Part shown: positions 1 through 11,209 of the stretch, in pieces
Layout: every line of letters starts with the position of its first letter
Position numbering within the stretch: the stretch's first letter is position 1
NCBI RefSeq assembly: GCF_963921235.1
Contig: NC_086108.1
Span: 84,880,001-84,944,000, forward strand
Source: Mobula hypostoma
Lineage: Eukaryota
Direction of reading: 5' to 3'
Length of the DNA: 64,000 nucleotides
Program-made: the position numbers and the translations under genes
The notes under the pieces: generated by a model
Told to the model about the DNA's origin: nothing
Databases searched by the model: none
Seen by the model: the letters and a program-made list of their open reading frames with translations, nothing else

Positions 1-2954
1 TTATTTAAATGCAGAGAGCCTGGCAAAGCAGAATTTATCATGCCTAATTTTATGAACCGATGGCCCTATGACAGCAACCAATCTTATCTCTGATCTCTAC
101 GTATGTGATTCTACAATTACACTTGGGATGTAGAGGATGATCTACTCATGTTCTACCCAAAATAAATTAAACCAATAGAAAAGAAAATTTTACATAGAAT
201 TGAAGCCTCCACTATAACAGAAGTTTCTTATAAAATCTGCTGCTAAAAATGAGACCATGATACAAAAGATCTGCTCTTAATAAATAAAACTGCCAGTAAC
301 TACAGAAAAAAAAACATAGGCATGGAAAAATGGGCATTAAACAGGCAAAAAAAATTGCATCAAATAAACTAGTTAAAATTCAAAATATCAATGGATGAAG
401 GTATCATTACTCTAGACCTGACACAGAAGTGGAATCTAATTTGGGCAAGATGTCCAGCAAAACTATAGTCTTTGTCTACTAGTTTAATCTGCTAACAAGC
501 CATATTTTGTTCAAATTACACAGGTTGACATTTCAAATTCAGCCTTTTTCAATAACATCCATCCCAGTTCCAACTGAAACCAGGGTTCAACTGATACTGA
601 TGTCAGCACTGGGCCAATGCTAGGACATTATCTCATCTTGGCATTCTGTGCATAAGTGTTTAGCAGGTACACTATTTTGAAAGTTTTCTAAAATTTTTGG
701 GGAAAATTGCGTAATATTGTTTGTAAGCGTAAGTATTTTTAAAACTTGCATTACAAATGAGATACTTCCAACTATAATTGATAACTTCGTCATCACTAAG
801 CTGCTGAAGCCTTTTATTTTCAATCCTTCATGTCCGCACTTTCCAACTTCTATTCAACCTTGTCACCTAGCATTGGCAGCAAGAACATTTCTGAATGGAG
901 ACTGCAGCAGTGATGCTTTTATTTGTTAGACGTAACATTTACTTGTTACATAAAGAACAAAAGGCAGGCAGAACTCCAAATATTTCATGCAAGAATCTAT
1001 TAAGCACAAATTCACAGAGGAAAAATAAAGAGGGAGAAAATAATAATTCAACATGCACTGACAGATTCACATAACATTAGCATTGAGCATATATTGATTA
1101 CTCTGTCACTTTCAAGCTGGTAGCTGATATGTTTAATGGCTTTAAATTAGGCCATTATTGGTTCTATAGAGACCTCAAATTATGCTGTCAGCCAAGAGAC
1201 AATAAAAAAGTTATGTGAACACTCTTTAAAAAAGATTGACATCACTTACACTTGGAATTAGATTTTAAAGTGATGACTAGAAAGGTGGAAAGCACTGATG
1301 TAGCCAACAGTGATATGATCCAGTTACAAGTCCAGTTTTCCTCCTTCATTTTCACACTCTCCAATAAGAAGGAAATAAATAGAAAGAAAAAAAGAAAATC
1401 TAAACTACTAAATGTATCTAAACACCTGAATAACTAGGACAAATGGATGTGCAGAAAAGAACTAAGTTTGAATCTTAGCTAGGGTGTATTTATGTTGCTC
1501 TGAAAATTTTGTTACAATGGGTATTTTCACAACTTTGCAGTCACAGTTTCATTATTTACAAAGATCTGAAATAAATGGCGAATGATGAAGCAACACGGGT
1601 TGCCACTTATCTCAAAGATTGCTGCCCACAAAGATCAGTAATCGCTGTGGTGAGAAGTTCCTCTAAAAGATGTGACTGGCTGTAAAATACTTTGAGGTCC
1701 TGTAAGCAACATGAAAGACACCACCTAAATTTAAATCTGTTTTCTTGATACAAAAAACTTAGATATTCTGGAAATTTTATAGTGGTATTGGTTTATTAAT
1801 CATTCAAAACTCGTATTACTTTAAGGGATTTTCCTTTAATTCTTTGCGAAAGGTTGCCTGCAAAGCAGCTTGGCAGATGCACAAGGAAAAACACCAGTCC
1901 TACAAGTGCCTACTTTTCTTCTGCATTCTTGGGACTTGGTTCATATTAAAAGAGACAGATAGATTACTGTTGAAACACAATGGTGACCATCAGGATTACT
2001 CGGATGTAGAAAAGGAGCCCATTATCATCATTGTGTGTTACAGAGTTATTACAGAGACAATAAAGAAATGGAAGAAATGGGCCAAAGGGGGGAAGAAAAA
2101 ATTGCTGGAGATAACAAGATACAACTGGTGTAACAGAGTGGATTGTTAGGCCAATTCAGAAACAATTAAGAGGCAAATATGTGCAAAAGGACCTCCAAAA
2201 ATATTAATAAACCAACTTCAGACTTTAGAAAGAATCAATTCACATTATAGACACGAGAAAGTCTACAGAAGCTGGAAATTTACATCACAGAATGCATTTC
2301 ATGGCATAAGTACTTTCCAGAGGTTCTCAACACTCATCAAGAGAACCTCTTTTTTATTGACCAATTCAATTTCCTACAGAAAACATGACACAAATAAGCC
2401 AAGATCTTTAATACATATGGTTTCTGATTTGATATTTTAAGGCTCAACACTTCTCCAAAATTTAAATGATCAAACCATGGTTGCACAATTAAACCAGTGA
2501 ATATCACTTAGAAAGTATGAGTAAAACTACTTAAGAGGGCTTTGCATTTTAACTCAATTCTGAGGTCTTTCCAAGCATGTGAAATATTTGTTTGACAAAG
2601 ATTCTTTTGAAACCAATTAAAATCAAAACATTGCCCTGATGTGTATATGTATGCATTACAAAATCTGGGATGGTTTTTAAAAAAAGGAGTTAAACTCCTT
2701 ATGAATCCATAAATTTGCCCCATTTTATACTATTTTAATCTCTATTAGAATATTTCAATCAAATTGCCATAGCATTTCACATCAAGGGAGCTGGACAGAA
2801 ATGACTGATTATTGTTAAAGAAATTATGGTGTATAAATAAAATCAGATTCAGAAACTTGTTTGTTTGTAAGAAACTACAACATATTTAAGTAAAATCTCA
2901 GAACTCGTTTTTTTAAAAGCCCCAACTGCTTCGTTTAAGAAGGATTACATTTCA

Positions 2955-2975
2955 AATAATAATAATAATAATAAT
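2955..2975. repeat. (AAT)7 microsatellite
   Basis: Read directly from the sequence. Confidence 0.9.
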
Positions 2976-3376
2976 ACCATTGTAGCTTCTAGGTAACAGC
3001 AGGTGGTGTATAAGTAAAATCCCCAATTAGATATTAAGGGGAAAATACTGCAGGTGCAGTTTCACTGTTTTTCTCCCCACAAGTATAGCCTAATCTGAAT
3101 ATACCAATATTCTTTTTTCTAAATTTACCAATGTATGATTATTTCTGCTAGCATCTATATTTACAATTCATATTAACTTTTAATGCTCCAGAATACTAAT
3201 TTAGGAACTAGATTTGTTTGTGTTAATAGCAGTTCAATTTCTGAGCAAGCTGATACATGTATGAAATAATAGGATTTGGTATGATGAGAACATGAAATCT
3301 GAGCAAAAATATAAAAGCATTTTTAAAAGCTGATTTTCAATCTGGGATTCTAGGATGACTGCTTCAAAATAATGCT

Positions 3377-3482
3377 CATGCAGCTACCAACTGTGAAAGA
3401 AGCAGAGCGCAAGCAGTTGAGATTCTCCTCGTGGCACATAGCAAAGCCAGTGATTGAGAACAGAAATCAACATTATCATGCA
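3377..3482 (-). promoter_or_regulatory. Two Rbfox-type TGCATG motifs downstream of meB
   Basis: Plus-strand catgca at 3377-3382 and 3477-3482, i.e. TGCATG in the pre-mRNA about 180 and 280 nt after the meB donor. Confidence 0.5.
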
Positions 3483-3657
3483 GCACGCTGACACTTCCAT
3501 AAGGTTTTAAAGACACTTAAGCAGAAAGTCATTAGATTCCAACAGGTAGGGCTGGGCTGTGACTGGCAAGGAACCAGAAACCCCAGCTCTCCTCTGTCTC
3601 ACTACAGGACAATCCGTTTGGCGTGGTGTAGATGGATAAGAAGTGAAAGAGACCAAC

Positions 3658-3669
3658 CTTCTCGCTGAT
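3658..3669 (-). CDS. PTPRF: Microexon meB (12 nt, encodes D-Q-R-E; Ig2-Ig3 linker)
   Basis: catctctcag|ATCAGCGAGAAG|gttggt. Phase 1-1, long pyrimidine tract with an upstream TGC. DQRE is the LAR-type meB (ELRE in PTPRD/PTPRS). Confidence 0.9.
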
Positions 3670-3824
3670 CTGAGAGATGAAGGGTTTGATGGTAGAGTGC
3701 AATGAGGATGAGGAGGGAATAAAAAGACAAGGAAAAACACAGAGAGTAAAAACAGGCCAGGCTTCATCAATCCTCTCAGCACTGAAAAAACAAGACAAGA
3801 CAATAGCATGGTGGTTTTCAGCTT

Positions 3825-3868
3825 CACACACACGTGCGCACACACACAGACACACACACGCTCACACA
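3825..3868. repeat. Imperfect (CA)n microsatellite upstream of meB (UG-rich in the pre-mRNA)
   Basis: cacacacacgtgcgcacacacacagacacacacacgctcacaca. Confidence 0.85.
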
Positions 3869-5938
3869 AAAAAGCACAAGATTAATTGTTTTTGAATAAT
3901 GATATCATGTGTCACACACCTGAAAAAATTACCCAATTCTGTACATGAGGATATTTAACTTTACAATTACATTTGCTGGAAGGGAAAGTAATTATGAAAT
4001 ACTTAAATAACACACAAATAAATTAATTCTGGGCTGGGAAGTGCTATGTAGACCTCTATGGTTTTAAAAAAATTATGAGGCAACTACTTCAGCAAATGGG
4101 ATTTACTTACAGCATATCAGGCAGCACACACATAGATTTTTCCAACTTGTAATATTATCCCTTGTTTTAAAAAGTTATAAAAACAGTAATTATAAATAAA
4201 TTTGCCCATTTTTGTCACTAAATGGCAGACCTTTAATCATGATTGGAATTTCACTGTCGTAATTGTACTTGGAAATGTATCAAGTTTTGGCATTTTGACA
4301 TGTTTCAATTCCCTTTATCTGTTCTGTTATACTCTGTACTTCACTTCCCAACCTTTCTCATATTTGCAATACTTTAAAAGGAAAAGAAAGGAACAAGATA
4401 CAATAATGTTGTCAGAGTGCCCAACAAATTGCCTTTGTGTTCTAATCAAACAATGTGGATAGAAATATTGTTAAATGCAGAGAAATTAGTGATAACACTC
4501 ATACACAGATGCACACATGCACAAACTCACAGCTGAAGTATCCTGTTCTTTGAAACTGGGTTACCTTAATTGTTCAAGTCAGATGAGATATTAAAACTGA
4601 AATTTCAAGATAAAGGTTATGACACAGGTCTGTAAGCTTGAAATGGGTGCGAAAATAGGAAAAAATGCAATAAAACAAATATTTCAGCATTCATTTAACA
4701 AGGATGATTCATACTTCATTCAGGACTTGGTTTTAACAGAAACAGAAAGGCTGAAATAGCTCAGCATCAGTAGTTCTAATAGTTTAAGTATTCAGGCAAT
4801 GTTTAAAACTGATTTTATTTGCAGATTCAATTATTTCTCAAAGCATTTTCTCAAAAATAAGACATTACTTATGTCCCTTTCAAATTAATGGAGTGCTGCT
4901 GAATGTCAATTTTCAGTTTTCCTGTCACCAATGGTATGCCCCATGATTTACAAATTGATCAATTTCAATGAAGATCTAAGAATACAGGTTTCGAAACCTC
5001 TTCAAAATGTATTCCCATTGAACTATAAGGTGTGCTTAACTAATTTGATACAATCCAATAATAAATCAACTGTTCTTCATCATTAATTCCTAGGCTTAAT
5101 GTGAAAGAATCAGAAATATATTAAATAGGAAATCAAATCATCCACAGTGGCTTAACCAGTCAAAAGGACCAGTTCATTTCCAGCACGGCGTGCAACATTT
5201 TAGTTTAAAAGATTTAAGTATTAGGTGAGTTAAATATACAAAGATTTCTGCATTTATGACTTTTTCAGCCATTGTATTACAGAAACTAAACATCATCTGG
5301 GTTAAAATATTTTCAGCTTCTGTTCATCACACTAAAACTCTTTGTACCTGGTTACTGACTCGGTAAGAGAAATGGGTTCTACTTATCCACTGTTATAAAG
5401 AAAACCTATTCAACCTTTCATTAGAGTTCTGTTTCATCCATCCTGCCAAAGTCAATCATTCTCTTCCTTCTCATGCAAAATATTCTTTCTTTATTGTGGC
5501 AATCAGAGTAATACTCTAGCTGCTGTTTAATCTGTATATCATGCTATTTACTGTATCTACTTTCTATAATTAAATTAATAAATAAAAGCATTTTGTATGC
5601 CTTCTTACCTGCATCAACCATGTTTTGTGCTGCCTTCAGGAATCTATGGGTATGTCTACATTTGACTTACCTTTTTTTGTCCTTCTCAAATGCATTATCT
5701 CACATTTCCCTGGACTGAATCATACTTACCATTGTCCTGCACACCTCATCAGCCCACTGATTTCTAGTCCACAGCTTTCTTTCTTACTTAGTGTCAAATG
5801 AGAGGGAAATTTGAAAATAAACCAATTTGTGTAGTTCTCTCAATTTTAAGTAAGGATATTTCAGAATTACAAGATTAAGTCTAGTCTCTTGTTATTTACC
5901 AAAATTCCTGGTCAGGACTTCTGCGCAATACCAACCCT

Positions 5939-6245
5939 TTTTTTAAATAGGCATCCGTTAGTCTCGTGAGACCATGGATTTGCACCTTGGAAGGTTTCCA
6001 GGGTGCAGGCCTGGGCAAGGTTGCATGGAAGACTGGCAGTTGCCCATGCTGCTAGTCTCCCCTCTCCACGCCACCGATGTTGTCCAAAGGAAGGGCATTA
6101 GGACCCACACAGCTTGGCACCAGTGTTGTCACAGAGCAACGCGTGGTTAAGTGCCTTGCTCAAGGACACAACACGCTGCCTCAGCCAAGGCTCCAACTAG
6201 CGACCTTCAGATCACTAGACAAACGCCTTAACCACTTGGCCACGC
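5939..6245 (-). mobile_element. tRNA-derived SINE with CORE-like segment
   Basis: Minus-strand head has A box TGGCCAAGTGG and B box GTTGGAGCC, then GTGTCCTTGAGCAAGGCACTTAACC and an A-rich tail. Flanking direct repeat accaaccct (5930-5938, 6246-6254). Confidence 0.85.
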
Positions 6246-6559
6246 ACCAACCCTACAGATCTGACAACCCAGTAGAAGCAAGAAAGGGTGAAAATAAGAC
6301 AGGTTATTTTGCCTTTGGATGACCAGATGATGACGTGCTTTGCTCATAGATTACCTCTGAAGCCAGATTGGGTTCATGTGACACTTAAAGAAGATCATTA
6401 TTTTGAAAGGCTCTTGGGATGTGGTGATCGATATTCAAGTTGTCACAGACATCCTTATATATCAAGTGCAGAGACAGAGCTACAAGAACAGATCAGAATC
6501 AGAATCAGGTTTATTATCATCGGCATGTGATGTGAAATTTGCTAAGATTTAAAAAAAGT

Positions 6560-7420
6560 AGTGTTCAAGTGGTAACGATAGATGAACAAAATTGGATTAG
6601 GAGCAGAGTTCTTAAAAAAAAAGCATGAGAAAATCTGTGTGCAACCGGCCAAAAACACAGGAAACAGGAGGAAATCAGAGGATCAAGACAAAGGTGGTTG
6701 AGCAAGTAGTTGGTTATTTGGGTACCACAGCAGCATAAGTAAGAAAAAGGAATAGCCGAGCAGAACACAAGGAATGTCCGTTCTGAAATGAGAATCTGTA
6801 AGCTAAATTTAAAGTACAGAAGGAGTTAGTGGGCACATATGTGTTGAGACAAGCTATATACAATATAGGAAGCCAGACTATGGATCTGAAGAAGTACATC
6901 CTGTGGTATCTATATTACACTAAAAGTTAAGCAAGATAGTCCAAAACTTCCAAACAAGTCCAATAAAGAAGAAAGAGATATTGATCAGGGTAGCATGGTC
7001 GAATGTTTCAATGGCTGTAATCAGCATGGGGAGAAGAGATGAGGAGACAAAATCTCAATCCATGAGATGTGCAGGAGTTTGTTTTTACTGACGTTCTTGT
7101 GATGTGGAGAAAGCCAAAGATGAAATTCAGATTCAATCATGATAATCCTGCAACTGCAAAAACAAAATGGAAGTTGACCGCTTTGGAAGGCAACAAGACA
7201 TTCGAAGACTATAGAAAGGACTGAGAGTTTTGAAATGTGGATAATGACTGTGATTTTGAAAGCAAGGGTGGACAGCATCCGGAATCAGGAAAGTTTATAA
7301 TTTCAACTGGCATGGGATCAGCATAGCACTGATGTTTATTGCCACTGGCAATGGAAATGCATCATAAACCACTTTTCGATAAGAGAAGCTTTGAAATAGC
7401 ATGAAGAGAGGTGAGGATGA
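6560..7420 (-). mobile_element. Highly degenerate L2-like LINE fragment
   Basis: Purine-rich plus strand resembling decayed L2 ORF2. No intact ORF; boundaries approximate. Confidence 0.35.
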
Positions 7421-8449
7421 GAAAAATAGACTTTTAGGAATAAATAAACATCAAAGTGAAGCCACTAGGACCTAAATCATAGTGAACATAGTCTATGCAT
7501 TCTTGAGGTTCTTTTACAAGTCTTGTTAAAACAAACACAAATGACAACTGATAAAGAAAGTTGGCAGTGGAGAGAAAATAACTCAGGTGTAATCTCTGAT
7601 TTCTGGCATCATCTTGGAATACTGGGGAGATGACAGCAAAACCTAACAGCAATTAATAAAAATCCAGCAGATCAAGTAGAAACACAAAGTAGGAGGAATA
7701 TGCCATTCGTACCCTCACAGATGCTGCCTGACCCATTGAGTTCCTCTGGTAGATTACTTCTTGCAATGGATGAGAGAAACTGTTCATTATGCAAATTATT
7801 TTTTATATTCACAACTACTTCAGAATCCACATATTGTTTTGAGAATGGTTGAAATTAACCCTTTTTTTGCATGTCAGTTTAAAACTGGACTTTTTCCATA
7901 TCATCTTTTTCCCATGCCCACCTACTGGCTAGGCATTTTTCTCCTTGAACAATCATTGAGTGAAAAAGCCTCTGTTAGAAATGCTAACCCCTTTTTCCTT
8001 ACCAAATGCTGTTTGACCTGGCCAGTAATTCAACTTCACTCTAAGGTCCAGTGGTGAATTCTGATGCAAGGTTTCAAACAAAATGTCAACAATTCCTCCC
8101 CCCCCCCCCAGAGTTGCTATCTGAGCCACTGAGTTCTTCCATCATATTTAGTTGCTGCTCCAGATTCCAGCACCTGCAGTTCCTCCTGTCTTCTGCAATA
8201 ATCCGCTGTTTGCCAGTACATCAGTACAAATAAAATATCCCAATTTCCACTTGATCTTCAGGGCCTCGATAGAGTGAGCAGATTTTATTTGACTGAGGTT
8301 TAAATGGCCAGCTCTTCTTGCTGTCCATGGGATTTGCCAGAACCATTTTAAAAATGTCACTCTGCTTTCTCTCACTCACCAAGTTCAGAAATTTGCATCT
8401 GCACAAAGATGAAGACTGAAAGTCTCTACCAGCAACAAACATTTATCAA

Positions 8450-9505
8450 AAACACTGCTGCTTCTGGAATCTGAAAAAGAAGTTTTCATAAAACACTGGT
8501 AATACTGAGGTCAGGCAGAATCTAAGAGAAAGTTGAAATGTTAGAAATGAAGCAAGCTTTAAGTTACAGTGAAAAGGAGAAGAATGAAGGGCAGAGAGAA
8601 TAAAAGCGAAAATATGTAAACAGGTGAAGATCTTGAGAAGGTGAATGATTCAACTGGTGATAGTGCTGGCTAAAATAGGGTGGTAAAGACAAATTAGAGA
8701 AAATGAATGAAACCAAAAAAGGAAAAATTACTCTCTGCTGGAGAAACACAACTGGAAAGGTTGTTTATCTAAAATTGTTGGAATCAATATTGAGCACTAT
8801 TTTGTGCCAGGGTGGAAGGTGAGAAGTTATGACCAGTGAACATATTTATCCCTCTCCATTGTTCCAATGAGACCATTTGTGTTCCACCCTTCCATTTCCA
8901 CCAACATCCCCCTGTCATTGTCTTTCTATGTCACTATGTTCCTGCTTTTTTTTGTCACCTGCAATCTGATCTTCCAAGTGAAGCAGCAATTCACTGTATT
9001 TGATGATGTTTTGTCTAATGTTGGGAAACCAATGCAGATATTAATTTTCAGACCATTTCTCTTTAGTCTGTAGGGGTGATCGTGAGCCTGACATTTTAAT
9101 TCTTCATCCTCTTCTTACTGTGATCCACCATTGGTCTCAAACAGTTCAATGTATACTCAAGGGTCAGCATCTCATCTTCAGTCCTGGCACTTATGACCTA
9201 ACATTGAATTCAACAATTTCAGATAATTTTACATACCTTTACAACTCTTTTTCAATTGGTACCACTACACTTGTGTCATTCAATCTCTTCTGGTCTTCAC
9301 CCTATTACAAACCTTCTCTTTTATTCTTTTTGCCCCTCTCGCCCTTCTTCAAAACAATATTTGTATAGTATTTGCAACATACTTGACATCTCTTTTTCCT
9401 TGCACTGATGAAAAGTTATTAAACTGAAACACAAGCTATTTTACCCCTTCATAGAAGCTGGATGACTGACCTTCTGGGAATTTCTTGTAGTTTCGGCTTT
9501 TATTT
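8450..9505. mobile_element. Old Penelope-like element with inverted 5' part
   Basis: Decayed GIY-YIG-like segment (about 8900-9230) similar to 37003-37350, and a 3' hammerhead relic CTGATGA...GAAAC at about 9404-9430. The left part resembles the reverse-complemented terminus. Confidence 0.55.
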
Positions 9506-9744
9506 TACATATTTAGCTCCAATGAGATACTGACAGCAAGATTCAGAAGGGAGCTCAAGAGGAATTATAAAGTACATTTAAAGTAAGCAATAATGAAATG
9601 CCAAGAGGGCTATCTTTCAGGACATGCACACAGGAACAAAAGGAATGGTCTGCCGACAGCAGAATAATGGACTTCCCTGGTACATTCATTAGCAGCTCGC
9701 AAGGGATTTTCACATTTGACATCAAAGCTTGTTAACTCTCAAGG

Positions 9745-10070
9745 CTTAGTGTCAGTCTTGACTCACAGGAGGCACTGTTGCCTCTGAGTCAGAAGACAAT
9801 GGAATCACTTCAGAATATAACTAGGCTGACAGTTTATGCCAGTACTTTAGGATATTAACATTAGTGCTTTGCTGGTAATTCATAAGATTCCATCCCATTA
9901 TATGAACTGGAGCAAGAATGTTGCTTAATGCTTTGGCACACATTTTCCTCTCAACAAATACAATTAAGTTAGATTAACTAAACATAAACTTATAATATTT
10001 ATGGGACAATATACATAATAAACCATCTTTCTCTCTGAGACAATAGCATACAGCAAGAGCTACTGGTTGA
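9745..10070 (+). mobile_element. Ancient Deu-domain (SacSINE/AmnSINE-like) SINE relic
   Basis: Decayed motifs gcctctgagtcagaag, ggctgaca, gagcaag and attttcctctcaacaaa in the order expected for Deu-SINEs. Confidence 0.45.
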
Positions 10071-11098
10071 AATTTTAACCAGCTCATTTCTATGATAACT
10101 TATTAAATACTCTATGAAACAAACAGCACACCAGAGGTGAAATATTAAATGTGATAAGGAAGTGACAATCATCAATTGTTGTCAGAAATAATACGACACA
10201 ACCAAAACTGGCATGATTAACATCTATTTCAAAAGACTGCTCATTCAGAATGTGCCTTCTGCAACGGCCTAAATTAAAGACAATAAGGAAAGCTCCAAAG
10301 TAGCTGCAAACTTGACAGGTGTGCTCACGGGCTCTATTCGGTACACTAGTGCCATATTTTCATTTTCAAGCATGGCCGTAAGGAGTCTAAAATCAACGCT
10401 AATTTCTTCATTGTTGTGTCATCTCACATGTTTGAAACTTAGTTTTCTGACTTTGCCCAGGATTCTGTGTCACAATGTAATGAGAACGATAAGGGAAGTG
10501 CAGTGATGGTCACTGGAAGCGAAACTCATACGGTTCTACAAGTTTGTATCTGTATCGATAAGAAGAAGTAACAAGCATGTTCAGTTAGGAAATATCCCAC
10601 CAAAATTTCTACATGCTGTAAATAAATATGTGACAAACGCACTCACTTTGGAAGATTTAAAGTCTTTAGGTGGAATTTATTCATCATTTACATTACCCAC
10701 AAAAGTCTGGAGATCTTAATATGCTGGTATCCTAACCAAGTGTCCATTCATATCTTCCTTGGTTAAAACAGAACCTCAGGAGACAAAACAAAGCACAAAA
10801 AAACCCAAAAAAAAACCAAAAGCAGCAACACTGCACTCTTAATGTAGGTACTTAGTACTCTGGTTACTTAGAAAAGAGAAAGCAAACTTACACAGATGTT
10901 TTAGTAGATATTTCTAAAGCACATTTATGATTTTAAAATGTTACTAATTCTCACCCATAAAATACACAATTTCAATCTTGAATAATATCTTCATTATTGA
11001 ATGCAAATGCATTCCAGCCCAGAAAATTTCTTACTAAGCTCTACATTTACAACAGAATGCTAAAACTGTGGGACAAGTAGCAGAAATGCACTTCTTAC

Positions 11099-11209
11099 CT
11101 CTGACGTACAAGTTGGCTGGAGCAGAGTAACGTGTTCCAGCACTGTTAGTTGTTACACATTCATATTTGCCCTGGTCAGACTCTTCACTGTTCTCAATTT
11201 GCAAGGCAC
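11099..11209 (-). CDS. PTPRF: LAR-RPTP constitutive exon, Ig2 C-terminal part ([37 protein letters not shown])
   Basis: 111 nt, phase 1-1. Acceptor ttgttatacag|GT, donor AGAG|gtaaga. Contains the Ig F-strand motif D-x-G-x-Y-x-C. Confidence 0.97.

Noticed and set aside
1..3657. Search for the Ig3 exon (VRRV.PRFSIPP)
   Set aside because: Not found; presumably lies left of the window.
6160..6245. tRNA-like sequence (also at 49790-49869)
   Set aside because: These are SINE heads with body, tail and TSD; no convincing cloverleaf.
10647..10757. Idea that the 111-nt cryptic exon is a duplicated, mutually exclusive copy of the 111-nt Ig2 exon (GRYEW versus GKYEC)
   Set aside because: The motif is at a different position, there is an early stop and there is no other similarity. 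The equal length is probably coincidence.
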